A stretch of DNA of 63,683 bases, counting the filler, from Choristocarpus tenellus KU-1152 (Eukaryota > Protista > Phaeophyceae), in assembly GCA_964200185.2 (NCBI GenBank). It is 10 parts of 10 records of this genome, joined end to end, with 100 filler letters (N's around TTAATTAATTAA, not from the genome) between each part and the next. Parts side by side here need not be neighbours in the genome. Positions count along the whole stretch, not along the records: positions 1 to 11,974 come from CAXNAD020002041.1; positions 12,075 to 17,489 come from CAXNAD020010850.1; 8 more parts are not named here. One strand, written 5' to 3'. Below are positions 1 to 12,968 of the stretch, piece by piece. Position numbers and translations under genes: made by a program. A model generated the notes under the pieces. It was given only the letters and a program-made list of their open reading frames with translations. It ran no database searches and had not been told where the DNA came from. How positions within the stretch are numbered: position 1 is the first letter of the stretch; every line of letters begins with the position of its first letter.

Positions 1-61
1 TTTTTCGGCTGCGGTTTTACCTCTCTACAAACTCCCTCCCTTTTTTTTTTTTTTTGTGAAG

Positions 62-929
62 CTGTCGGAGGTGGGTCTTGTGGAAAAGAAGCATACTCCT
101 ACCAGAGCCCTGTCAGGTGGACAGAAGAGGAAACTGTCAGTTGCTCTAGCCCTCGTTGGAGGGAGTGAAGTGGTTGTGCTGGATGAGCCAACCTCAGGTA
201 ATTGAGTGAGTAGTTTTCCTCTCGGGGTAGGCGTGTGTGAGGTGTGGTTTTGTCTCTCAACGTATCGCTGAGATAATGGAAACATTGATTTGGCGATGAA
301 GTGCTTGAGCACTGCTTTGTAGCTTGTCCTGCATTAGGCTGATTTGTTGGTAAAGGCTGTTGGCGAAGTTCTAGTCATGGTGTATTTGTTATTCCTATTG
401 TGATGGAAGGCGTGCTGCATTGTATGTGGTGATACTTGATGCGATTGGCCCTTTGATGAAGCTCTTTGATGAAGCTTGATGCGATTGGTGTCATTGGTGT
501 CATTGGTATCGCCCATTCCCTCTTCTGCATTTTCTGCTGCCTGCTTGAAATGACTTGAACCGATTGGTTGGAATTTAAAATATTAAAAAAAAAAATGTGA
601 TGGGAATGAAATGGCTTGAACGGATTGATTGGAATTAAAATATATATATATATATATATTTTGTGATGATAGGAATGGACCCATACAGTAGGCGGTCAAC
701 ATGGAACGTTCTTCAGCGAAACCGGAAGGGCAGGGTTATCCTCCTCACAACACACTTCATGGACGAGGCAGACACTCTAGGGGACAGGTGAGCATGTGAA
801 GTATCGAGCCTGACTCCTCTCCCTCTTCAAAGCAAGTCTGTCCGTATTAGTTTTATGCCCTTCATAACACCATGCTTATCAATACTCAGGTCTCGATCTA
901 TATAATTTACTGGTTGTTCACGACATATT

Positions 930-993
<64 letters not shown>

Positions 994-1432
994 CATTTAT
1001 ATACACATATATACAGATATACTTCTTTTTTTTCAGACTGAGAGGACGCACGACCGAATGTTGTTGAGTTGACATCATTGTTTATTTTTCTTTCTAGGAT
1101 AGGACGGTGCTGGTCCTGCGACTTGGTAGTCCCATCCGTTCTTGAACCTCACCACAGTCTTGGCCTTTGCCTGTGATCGCCAACATACCCCCCTGTCGGT
1201 CTAGTCAGTTGACCCCTCCAATAAATATTCCTTGTGGATGACCATACTCCTGCAGGGTTAGGGTTAGCCCGACATGCCTCAGTCAAGGTTTGTTCCAAGA
1301 CACGTTGGCAGTATCCGTGGCACACGCTATGTTTTGGTTGTTTATTTTTTATTTTTGGTTGTTGTTGTTGTTGTTCTTGTTGCAGTTGGGTCATTTCTTT
1401 TTTGTTTTCTCAGAGCTCTTCACCTCCCCCTC

Positions 1433-1470
<38 letters not shown>

Positions 1471-4400
1471 GCCCTACTACGGCCTCCCCTACACGCCTCC
1501 CAAGGATCGGCATCATGGCAGAAGGGGAACTGCGTTGCATGGGGTCCAGTCTGTTCCTGAAGGCGTTGTACGGGGTTGGCTACACCCTCACTATCATTAG
1601 AGAGGGCAAGAAAGGCTTGAGGGAAGAGGTTTGCAACCCCCTATCTGACCCTAACCCTAACCCTAACTCTGACCACAATGGATTGATTCCCTAACCCTAG
1701 CCCTCATTTAGGTGATTGTGAGGGATGTACTACAACTTTGACGTACCTCTGAGAGGGATACAGTTTGAATCATGGTATATGCCCCTTGCATTGTGGAAAG
1801 GCGATAGATACCAAAGAACTAACTGCGGGTGACGGTGGAGGAGTTCACTACATCTTATCTGCGATTTATCTCTTTTGTTTTTTTTGTGAGCTTTTTTTGC
1901 TGCATTGGAGATTACAGTGTTATGTGATGTTATGTTATGTTATGTTGTGTTATGTTTTGTTCAGTGGGTCATTCTTACTCTATTTTTTGAGAGAAGATGC
2001 TTTGTAGTAGTAGTAGTGGCAGTGGTATGATAATAGCACTGATGAGGATTTGAAAAGGGTTAGGGATAGGGGCAGGGGCAGGGTTAGGGCAGTATCGGAT
2101 GTGCTGAGATGTGAATCTTTGTTAGCATTTTATTGGATTTAGATTTTTTTAAAAGGGCATTCATAAGGAAGCGCTCTTTTTTGATCCACCTACACATCTC
2201 TGCTTGAATAGTAGAAGTTGATCAGTTGGGCTGGGACATAGGCGAGGGAACTCAAGGGAGACATTGCATTGTGGTGCTGAAGGTCACTGCAGGGGTATGC
2301 TGTGGTGTGTTGATTTTATTGTTACGGTAGGGCTATCTTGTGGGCTATTTCACTACTGATACTGCTCTTGTTTGTTAGGGTTAAGTTGGTGTCTTTGCCA
2401 ACAATCTTTTCATTTCTTGTAGGCACACCTGTGGAATACAGGCAATAGTGTTTTCTACGCCTGAAAAGTGAGTATTGGTGTATACATGATGTATTAGTAC
2501 TAGCTCTTCCTGTTATGTGTGATGTTTATGTTGGTGAATGTTGCATTATTAATAGTGATACTTTGCTTAGTAAGTATGCTAGGTATGTGTAGTATTTGAA
2601 ATAGTGATCTCTTAGGTGTAGGAGATGTGGTTGTGTAGTACTTATACCTCTTGCAGATAGTAGTCTTCCCTTGATGGGTATTCCAAGTTGCGCTGTAGGT
2701 GGTGCCATCCATCCTTTCCATTGGCTCAGTTTGTTGTGGTACATATTGAAGGTTTGTTGTGATACGTATTGAAGGTTTGATGTGGTACACATTGAAGGTT
2801 TGATGTGGTACATATTGAAGGTTTGATGTGGTACAAGGTTTGTTGTGGTACACATTGAAGGTTTGTTGTGGTACATATTGAAGGTTTGTTGTGATACGTA
2901 TTGAAGGTTTGATGTGGTACACATTGAAGGTTTGATGTGGTACATATTGAAGGTTTGATGTGGTACAAGGTTTGTTGTGGTACATATTGAAGGTTTGATG
3001 TGATACATACAGAGGCGTCCTGATTTGAAATATCACCATCCCACATATTTTATTATTGTTGATATTATTTTTGGATTCTCAGTAGTGGGCCAATTCAGTT
3101 GTCCTCACCAATGACACATTTGTCTCCAATACAATCCGGAGTGATGATAATCCAGCCAATGTCATGTTATGTATTTTAGTACCCAAGACTCAACTTTGTA
3201 TACTTCACTGTACCTCTGTGTTTTTTGTTGGATGGTCACTGTGATCTGAAGGGGGTGTCTGGTGAACATCTTCATGACATGATCACAAGCCATGTACCAG
3301 AGGCATCGCTGGTTAGCAGTGTTGGGGCGGAGAGGAACTATCGCCTTCCTTTCCATGCTGCAAGTGCTTTTGTGTCCATGTTCAATGCCATTGATCGGAA
3401 GGTGAGACAAGTAAGAAATGACAATTAAGAAATGACAATTCAATAATGATCATTCATTAATGACAATTCAATAATGATCATTCAATAATGACCATTCAAT
3501 AAGGATACTTCAATAATGACATTTCAATAATGATAATTCATTAATGACAATTCAATAATGGTCATTCATTAATGACCATTCAATAATGATCATTCATTAA
3601 TGACAATTCAGTAAGGATAATTCAATAATGGCTATTCAATAACGACAATTAAGTGAGTGACACTACAGTAACCTCCTGGCGTACTTTTATTTTTGTTGTT
3701 GATATAGTGGTTTTGATTGTTTGAGATGGTTTTGTGTTAGGAATTAGTACTTGTGCTTGTTTTTTGAAGTTTGTGGATGGTTGTCCTTGGAATCTCATAT
3801 TCAATATTATCATTGGCTGGATTTTGTTGAGAGTGAGTCTGTGTTCTATCTGTTTGGAGTCAAGATCTGTTTCCCTCTGCTGTGAGACCTGCAGTGCAGA
3901 AGCTTGTTGACAATCTTTGTTACAGATATTGAGATAGGTGGTATTATCCCTCTCATATCAATACAAGCACCTTCACCAGTGTGGTGCTTGATGCAATATA
4001 TCTCAACTTCATCATGTGCCCTATCCCTACCTTTCCTTTTAGATCAGTCATAGATTGATTGTGATACTATTATTATTACTGTTATTACTACCATTGTTAT
4101 TAGTAGTACTATTATTATTATTATTATTATTCAGAGTTTGCTGTGAAGAATTTAAATCCGCACCTCACCTCAATCCTGACCACATACATGCATCACATAT
4201 GAATCTATTGTCATGGACTTCAGAAAGAGGAGCTGGGTGTGGCTGGGTATGGTGTGAGTGTCACCACCCTGGAAGAGGTCTTCTTGAGAGTGGGTCATGG
4301 CACAGACCAGGTGAGGTCTATGCAATGTGGTAGAATGTTCTATATATATTCTGAGGTTGGGAATAGGGTTTTGACCAGCGAGCACTGGAAGCTGATCAAG

Positions 4401-7400
4401 ATTGACAATTTCTGCTGAAAAAAACAGGTTGGCAATTGGGATACTTTGATGGTACAATGTTCAAGGTTAGGGAATGGTTGACGGTAAGTGGTGTAGTCAC
4501 TATATGGTCAATAGTATGGTTTACCATGGTCATCCCATCCAATTGACCAAAAGCACTTGAGATTCTGAAAACTGTATGTGTTAGTTTATGATGTGCTGTG
4601 GTATTTTCTGATGTGTACGTAGGGCATTGTATAGAGTTTTGGCGTTACATTATAGCCAAATTAGCATAAGGGTTATCTCCAAGGCCTATTTTTAGAGGAG
4701 TCTGGGCTTATAAGGGTGATATAACCGTCTCAATTAGGGTTAGGGCTTGGCTATGTGCAGATTGAAAGTTACATTGCTTTATGCCAAGGTGATTGGCTCT
4801 TGGTAAGATCATTTTCGGAGCAATTCTTCTGGTGCAGTCCCACTGGTTTGCGCTGATGTTCTTGACAATTGAATTGAACATTCAGAACACATTGCATTGA
4901 CTTTGCCTGTAACTGTATATTTCTGACAGGAGAGTGATGGATACGGACAGACAGCATGTAATTTATGTCTTGACCAGGACCTTACTAGTAAGACTACTCC
5001 TGATGACAACAACACTACTGTCTTTTGGGTATTGTTAGGGTTAGGGTCAAGGGTAAACCTGAGGCGCATCCTCATGCACGAGGGTCTTGGTAGTAAGCAT
5101 TAGGCCTACTGCATTGTTTCCCTAACCCTATCCTTGCTATGTCTCTATATGCAACCATGATCTCCTTTTACCTTTTTGTCCATCTCACTGTACCTTTGTA
5201 TCCATCGCACTGTACCTTTTTGTCCATTTCACTGTACCTTTTATCCATCGCACTGTACCTTTTTGTCCATCGCACTGTACCTTTTTGTCCATTTCACTGT
5301 ACCTTTTATCCATTGCACTGTACCTTTTTGTCCATTTCACTGTACGCCTTACCATATGACACACACACACACCTCGCACTTTTACCCTCTCCATTCAGAC
5401 GCAAACACCCTGCCAAGATGAACCCATCCTCTCATCACGCCTCCCATCACTGGAACTCCGTGAGGGCATGTCTTTGGAAGAACCTGAGGGTGGGTTCAAA
5501 AGGCAATGGGAGGGTTCTTGGGTGGGCAAGAGGGTGAACTTGAGGTTGAGTCATGATGCGGACGAAGCGGAGGGTAGATTGGGTGGGAGGAGGGTCACCC
5601 ATGAAGATGTAGCGCGTGGGACTGGGAGAGGGGTGCTGTTAGAGGGTGGTGGTATTAGGTTGGGTAATGGTACGGAATCTGGAGGGTCATCATGGGACTA
5701 TGTAGATGAATCGAGCTCTGGTGCTGAAGGTGATTCTCTACCTGTGTTTTGATCACTTCAATCCTTACAACGCTTCCCTCAATTCCTTATCCCTAGGGTT
5801 GGCATTGATTTGATTCTCAAGTGCATGCTAGGTCAATTTGACACCACCTCAAGCTGTTGCATGAGCGTTGCAATGAATAACCTGTTGATAGTGTTCTCAT
5901 GCCATTGATAGCACCCTTGGCACAACCACCTAACTCTGGGTGGTTATTGCCAAGCCCGAGTTGCTTTTTGAAACTGGTTCCTGTCCTTCAGAACAGGAAT
6001 TCGCGTATGCAGTACATCATCCCTAACCCTATCCCCATCCCTATCTATCCCTAGCTCTATCCCTTGCCCTATCCCAAATTTAAGAAATTACCGGCCAATT
6101 TTCAAAACCTAACCCTAACCCTAACCCTAACCCTAACCCTGCCCTCAAACATTGGGAGTATTAACATACTTAGCACTCAACAATTGTGTTGCCACTCCCA
6201 GATGAACCCCTAATGACCTCCTACGCAACAACTGATAATGAGAGCGGAAAGGCTGGTCTTGATTTGCAAGATGTTCCAATGACAACTACTCCGGGGGGAG
6301 TGCTTTTCTGGCAACATATGCGGGCACTGCTGTCAAAGAGAATGACGTATGGATTCCGAGACAAGAAGAGCCTCTTCTTCCAGCTTATTGTGCCCACCAT
6401 CCTTTTCCTACTGGGGCTGGTCCTGCTCGAGTATAGGTCAGAAAACGTTATATTTGTTTTGATGTTTATTGTTGTTGTTATTGAGGTTAGGGTTAGGGTT
6501 AGGGTTAGGGTCTACTTAAGGGTTGGTGTCTCAGTGAAAGAGGGGGGGTGTTCCTGTGACGGTTGCAGGGATGTGGGTGAGATTGGAACTCTTGGTGGGT
6601 GGAAATAGTGAGGGTTAGGGGGGGCTTGGTAGGAAGGTTTAATGACTTATTTTTTCATGAAATGAAACATTTCAATGAAACAGTAAGTTGTACTTTCATT
6701 AAGGCAGCATAGACTGTTGCACGTGCAACCTTCCACCTTCCCTGGTATTGATAGTTTAGGAATAGCCCCTTGATATTGACATGTTTAGTGTTTAGTGTTC
6801 AATACATTAGAATTTTGTTGGTCACAGGTTAGGGATAGGGAGTCTGAATGGAAGGTTAGGGTTATGGGGTTAGTAGAAGAGGGGATACGCCAATTAGCTT
6901 TTTGTAGTTGTAAGGATCGTGCTTTAGCCCTGTCTCCTGCCTTGCAATTCTATCACCTCTTGCTGTTTGCCCACCCTATGACGTGCCGACCCTGTTACCA
7001 CCTACACCAAACAAAAATAAGATTGGAACATGCTATATTTGCTCAAGACTCTTGTTGTTCATGTAGGGGTAAGTGTATAACGAGTAGAACCTGATACCTG
7101 CATCAAAATTAACTCTTTTTACTCTCACCTTGACTGTTTCAACCTTGGCTACTCTGCCTCCTGCCCCTGACTGTTTCAACCATTAGCAAGGGTGCCTTCG
7201 ACCAGCCAGAGCTGGTTCTCTCCCCAGCGGAAAACTTCAACCCTCGTACGCCTCCATCCATGAGAAACCCAGTCCCTATGGATGCCCCAGACACTCCTGG
7301 ACTAGCCCGATCATTGGCCGACCGGTTTGATGGAGTGTCAGTAGATGGTTTGGCAGTACCAACAGCGGGAGGGAGAGGAGTAGAGGATCAGTTTGCAGGG

Positions 7401-10400
7401 TGTGCTCAGGGTGCCGATCCACTGGTGAACATGAGTAATTTCCTGTTGGGGGAGGAAGGGGGGAGTGCAACCAGGTACGAGGTCACTTTGTTTAATTTTT
7501 TTGTGTTTAGGTGTATTGCTGGTTGTTCTAGGATGGTGGGCTTTGGCCTGTAGCCAGAGGGTCCGATTACGGATGGGATCTGAGTGGTATCTGAGGTGGG
7601 ATATGTGTTGGGTCAAGATAAAGATTTTTTTTAATATTGAGGAAAGTATAGCTAGCTCCATGCTCGTCGATCAGGATTCCGTGCTGTGTTTTTTATTTTG
7701 TGTTTGGTGTGTCATGTTTGCCTACTCATGTGATGTATAGGAGATGGCTATGCTTTTGTTTATCAAGGGTTAGGGTTGAAGATTGTATGAGAAGGTTGGT
7801 TGATCAGACAGTTGCTTTCAAATGTATACAATCCCTTTTTTATCCGTATCCCTGTGATGTCATGTCTCTCGTGTTGTGTGGATAGTTGATATAAGTGCTT
7901 CCTTATGATCCTGTTGGTGCATCCCTATGTCCATTATGTGGTTAGTTCATGTTCGGTGATGGCATGTCTTGAAACATTTAGGGTTAAGGCATGCTTGGGA
8001 TTCACCACAGCGTGTAACTGTTTTCAGTTACTGTTTTGTTGGTCCTTCCTCAACACTCAATCCAGTTGCTGCTCGTTGCCCGTTGCCTTATTTTCTTTTG
8101 CTTGGTATTATTGTCACCTGTGTGTAAGACTCTTGAGGTCTGGATGCATTTCCATTCTTTTATATTTTGCTTCATCGATCGTCTCCCTAACCCTAACCCT
8201 AACCCTAACCCTAACCCTAGTACTGTACGATGATACTTTGATGTTCCCTTTCGCCTTCTATATGTCCTGAGTGATCCTTTGACCTCAACAAGGGAGGGGA
8301 AGGGAGGTAGATACAGAAAAAAAAGTATATATATTTTTATTTCACTCTAAAATTACTCACGTGCACCATCTCGCAAAAAAAAAAAACTCTAAACCTAACC
8401 CTAACCCTAACCTTTCCGTTTTTCTTTTTTTATTATCCTAAACTCTTTTTTCTTTATATTGGCTTCTAAACTTAACACCAAACAATAACCCTAACCCTAA
8501 CCCTATTTGTGGCAGGTATGGGGCACTGGTCTTAGATGACTCTTCTCGACTACTGGGTCATGAGAATCATCACACAACTGATCACACAACCGATCACACA
8601 ACCTCTTCAAGAGCAACCACCGCAGTCGAAGACCTGCGGGATGCCTCTCCAGACAGATCCTACTCTGCTGGAGGTGGAGGGGACGGTAGCGGAATCGAGG
8701 CTATGAATGGGGAAAACAGTAGTGTAGTTGTGTATGGACTGCTCGTTAATTCTTCAGGTGTTCATGCGTCACCGATATTCATGAATCTTCTTCACACAGC
8801 TGTCCTGCAGGAGGTGGTATCCACAGCGTTTCCGGGTTTGGAGGAAGGAGGAAGGCGGGAATCGGAAGGCGGGGAGGGGACAACAGGCTTTGAGACCATG
8901 GATAGGAAGGAGGAAGATTTGCCCAGGTGGGGTACTGTTCTCATTTTTCGGGGTGTACTTGGTGTTGCAATGGCAATGATGATACTATAAATGATCCTGA
9001 ATTTTTTTTGTTGGTATTAGTGCAAGCTATGGTAATGGTGTACACCACTTGCATGATAGTATATACTAATACTATGGTAGTGACAAGACTAAAGCAGTTG
9101 CTGCTCAAAGCCTTATAGTGGCTCTGACCTCCAACTGTTCTGTAACCCTTGCCCTTGCCCCACCTTGCCTTTCTTTGATTCTGCCCATCTTGTTGTAAAC
9201 CAATAGTATCACAGTTAGGAGCAACCCACTTCCACGTACCAAGGCAGAGGAACGAGCACGGCAGGTATGCTTTGTGTTGTAGTGTACCTTTTTTTGTCAT
9301 AGGGTTAGGGTTAGGTTTAGTGTGATTGTTATTGTCAGTGTTAGTATGATTATTAGTGTGATTGTTGTATTTATTACTTTTTACTGTTTACTCATTACTT
9401 ACTACTTACTACTTACTACTTCATGTGTTTCTGTGGGGATGGTGCTGTTTGTGTTGAGAAGGAGATTGATGGCTTCACGACAGCCATCATGGTGGTGATA
9501 TCGGTCTGTTTCCTGCCTGCATCCTACGCTATATTTGTTGTAAAGGAGAGAGAGGTCAAGGCCAAGCACCAGCAGGTATCAACAGTCATGTTGAGTTCTT
9601 GTTGTGTTCTACTGCATGTTGCTCTTCTCAATCCTGTCCCCTGTCCCTTACATGTGTTCCCTAACCCTAAGCTAATGGCAAGGTATGGTTTTAGAACACG
9701 TTTCTTGCTGTCTGTTTTTAATTCTAACCCTAACCCTACATCTACCCTTGAGAAAGAATTGACTGTTATTCTCGATGAAGAGGTATTCACCAGGGTTAGG
9801 GTCACTTAGAGATACACCTATCAAATACTGTCCCTTGAGACACTTGTCATTCCCCATCACTGGTCGGAATGTTTACAGTTACATTCTTGTTAATGGTGGC
9901 AGTGAGTGCAGCAGTATTCCTGAGACCATACTCTTCCAGGTTCAAATAATTTTTTGACCGTTGGTTGCCATGATCGATTTTTAACAGTTCCCCTTGAGTG
10001 GCACTATTAGTTTGGTGAGTCAAGTGGTCAAGAAGGAGTTCAGGGTTAGGGTTAGGACTGTAACCCCTATCAGGTTCAGCAACTGCTTGCATCTTGCGCT
10101 GAAATATTTTTTTACTTTTTTTAGCGGTTATATTTTTTTACTTTTTTCCAGTGTACATCCCGAATGTTTTGGAGGTTTTTAACAGGGGCTGGTGCAGACA
10201 ATGCTCTGGCGACCAGTATGTTTACATGCATGAAATTATGAGAAATAGACCCAGGAAATAACACCCAATGCTAGTCCCTTTGTTTGGTACGTATTGGTTT
10301 TGCTTCTAAAGTATTTTTCAGTCATTTTTGAATTGGAATATTTTGCGCTTAACAAAGTTTCTTCCTTGAAACAGGTCATCTCTGGGGTGAGCATAGTTGC

Positions 10401-11905
10401 ATACTGGGTCAGTACATTCCTGTTTGATGTGGTAAGCTACCTGGTGCCATGTGCAGTGTTCATTGGACTCATCTATGTCTTCCATGTTCCAAGTGAGTTG
10501 ATAGGTAGCAAAAATATTAATATTACGTCCATATGTAAGTTAGCTCATTTACAAAAATATATATATTTTTTCGTGATGGCGCTTTTCTCACTTAGGGTTA
10601 GGGTTGTAGTGAGTGCAGTAACATCTTGAGAGAGGATAGATGATGTACATTATGCCTTCTATATTTTTTGTTACTATTACTATTATTATTGTCGTGTAGC
10701 GTGCTTTGCTCAGAGTGTATTTCTTCCCACTCTTGTTGATTCCTTCATTGACAGAACTTAGGGTTAGGGTTACTACTCATGGAATGAAGTCTTACCATTG
10801 TTTTGTCCTCAAAATCTTGAGTGTATTTACACTACCTAGACCTTTTATTTTTTCTTAAATGTACAGTGCTCACATCTGTGCTAGGTGTACCTGAACAAGT
10901 ACATCATGTTTCTGGCTGTATGCATTTTTTTTTTCTAAAATAGAAAAAAATATATATATATCCCCTTCCCATGCAGATTTGTCTCTATATATGTGCTGAT
11001 AAACGTCATGTATAGCCATAGTTCAATACGATTGGAGTATTTATATTCACAAAGTGCATCTGGAGACTAGACCTGAGTTATTTTATTGGCCAATCAACAT
11101 TGTTTGTTTTCAAGGCTATACGGAGGGTGAGGGCGGCGTGGCTACAATCCTGCTCTTCCTGCTTTATGGACCTGCTGTGGCTCCCTTTACCTACTGCATC
11201 AGGTTTTTCATTTTGTTGGCATGCTGTACACACTCATTGTGTCCGCTTGGGTTAGTGTACTGTACATATTTATACTACCATGTTTTTTTTTCACCTACTT
11301 GACCTAACTAACGCCTTACTATAAACTAGAACACCTATTGTGTTGATTCCTTCAGTACCATACTATTTTTTACCTACTTGACCTAATGCCTTACTGTAAA
11401 CTAGAGCACTCCAGTTGTGTCATTTCCTTCCAAATCTGCTTGATTGAATACCTATCGCACCATGTCGTACCCAAGTTGTTTTTTTTCTTGCCTTCATGAT
11501 TTGTGATTGGTGATTGTGTTATCACTGCCATATAATCAAACGAGATGATGCTGATGGAAGAGTTGAATTGATTTCCTTACACTATGACGACACACTTTTT
11601 TTTTTGCACCTTTGTACAAGGTATACCTCTGAATTGATTTTTTTTTGGAAGAAAAAATAATACAGCAGGCTGACATACTAAATTTTGTTTTGATCCTCCT
11701 CCCTCCCCTCCCTCCCATCCTCTATCTCTCTACCACAATGCCAAAGCTTTTTGTTCAAGTCACATTCATCAGCTCAAAACATGGTTCTGTTCCTCAACTT
11801 TGTGACCGGATTGGCCCTGATGGTGACATCCTTTGTCCTTAACCTTATTGAGAGCACCAGGGTAGTCAACAGGCACCTGAAATGGGTCTATCGGCTCTTC
11901 CCTGG
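62..11905 (+). CDS. ABCA: ABCA-subfamily ABC transporter, partial (end of NBD1 through TMD2), 14 exons
   Basis: Phase-consistent AG/GT exons: 62-197, 673-787, 1505-1628, 3252-3401, 4224-4310, 5399-5729, 6202-6436, 7187-7474, 8516-8926, 9207-9264, 9462-9575, 10375-10492, 11115-11202, 11747-11905. Motifs: [89 protein letters not shown]. Gene runs off both ends. Confidence 0.95.
932..1013. repeat. (AC)n/(AT)n microsatellite
   Basis: Direct reading; lies in an ABCA intron. Confidence 0.9.
2729..3008. repeat. 23-bp minisatellite (GTTTGWTGTGGTACAYATTGAAG) with 132-bp higher-order period
   Basis: About 12 units. The variant GATACGTATT recurs at 2761 and 2893, 132 bp apart. Confidence 0.9.
3417..3652. 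repeat. 14-bp minisatellite (AATGACAATTCAAT-like)
   Basis: About 16 degenerate units immediately after the ABCA donor at 3402. Confidence 0.9.
5165..5345. repeat. ~21-23-bp minisatellite (CCATCGCACTGTACCTTTTTGT)
   Basis: About 8 units upstream of the ABCA acceptor at 5398. Confidence 0.9.
6107..6140. repeat. Interstitial telomere-like (CCCTAA)n tract, representative of many intronic copies
   Basis: Further tracts in both orientations at ~1648, 6485, 8185, 8392, 8488, 9301, 9722, 10042, 10760, 17730, 21947. Confidence 0.9.
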
Positions 11906-11974
11906 GTGAGCACAGTGTATGATGAGACTGACCCTTACCCTGAAGAGGGAGGTATCTTGGTGGGGGGGTGGGGG

Positions 11975-12074
11975 NNNNNNNNNNNNNNNNNNNNNNNNNN
12001 NNNNNNNNNNNNNNNNNNTTAATTAATTAANNNNNNNNNNNNNNNNNNNNNNNNNNNNNNNNNNNNNNNNNNNN
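11975..12074. other. Artificial contig linker N44-TTAATTAATTAA-N44
   Basis: Identical 100-nt spacer with stops in all six frames. It also occurs at 17490-17589, 22361-22460, 29236-29335, 37420-37519, 40621-40720, 47306-47405, 51164-51263 and 56078-56177. Confidence 0.98.
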
Positions 12075-12968
12075 GGGGGGGGGACAACAGCTGTGGGTGT
12101 TCATTAAATATGTTGGGCGTTATTTCATAGGCGGTGGAGGAGGCAGGCATGGGTGACAACAAGAAAGATTTGGTTCTTTGTGTTGTTGGTGATATAAAGG
12201 GAGAGTGTGATGATGCAATGCAGTCTGTAATTGGGGGGAGTAAAATGGGCGGGTCCTGGAGGGGTTGAGGTAGGGAGCGGGGTAAGAAGAAAAGGCGGCA
12301 TTATCTTGCAGCTGTAGCTGGCTGTAGCTGCTGCAACTGCAAGTGTTAAGCACAGGATGACATGGAAGGCTTGTTGGCCACTTTTTTTTGCGTGTGATGA
12401 CATGGAAGGCTTTCTCGATTTAAATCGAGTACTTGGCACTTTGCGCACGTCACTTGCAGTGTAGTATATGAGAACTCCAGCCTCTCGACAGTGCTGCACC
12501 TCTACCTCTCTGACTCACCAAGTTGGCGTTTTATTTTTATCTATTTTCAAACTTGATAACTTCGTAGTTCTTGGTGACAAGAGGACCCTACTGTCCTGTA
12601 ATCCAACAGCAATTTTCTTCCACAGAGCAGGAAACACTCACGCCTGCTGCATACATTTTGTTTTTTGTTCGGGTGTTTGTGGTGATGCTGAAAGGCGTTC
12701 TCGCTGGTGTGCGACCTTTTATTAATTCAACCTTGTCTAACTACTCTTTTCAATCCTTTTTCTCACTTAGATTTCGTTTCAGTCTCATCATATTGACTCT
12801 GTCTTTTGTGCCATCCTTCCCCCCCACCCACCCCCAGCCTCCCCCTTGCCCGTTACACCTCTCTACTCTCTACTCTCAACTCCATTGCCAACTTGATACG
12901 CCTTCCAATTCTTTGCACACTGGTGGTTATATCTTACCTTTTTGCCTTCTTACCCTCTTCCTCTTCAG

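Noticed and set aside
2423-2467. Possible extra ABCA micro-exon (TAG...GTGAGT)
   Set aside because: Flanking exons join in phase 0 and this segment has a stop in that phase.
2500-3046. Long repetitive ORFs / CRISPR-like array
   Set aside because: Tandem 23-bp units with no unique spacers, in an intron; the ORFs are by-products of the repeat.
11975-12074. Recurring TTAATTAATTAA flanked by N runs, as a biological repeat
   Set aside because: Fixed 100-nt artificial linker; it also rules out any gene-cluster inference across contigs.
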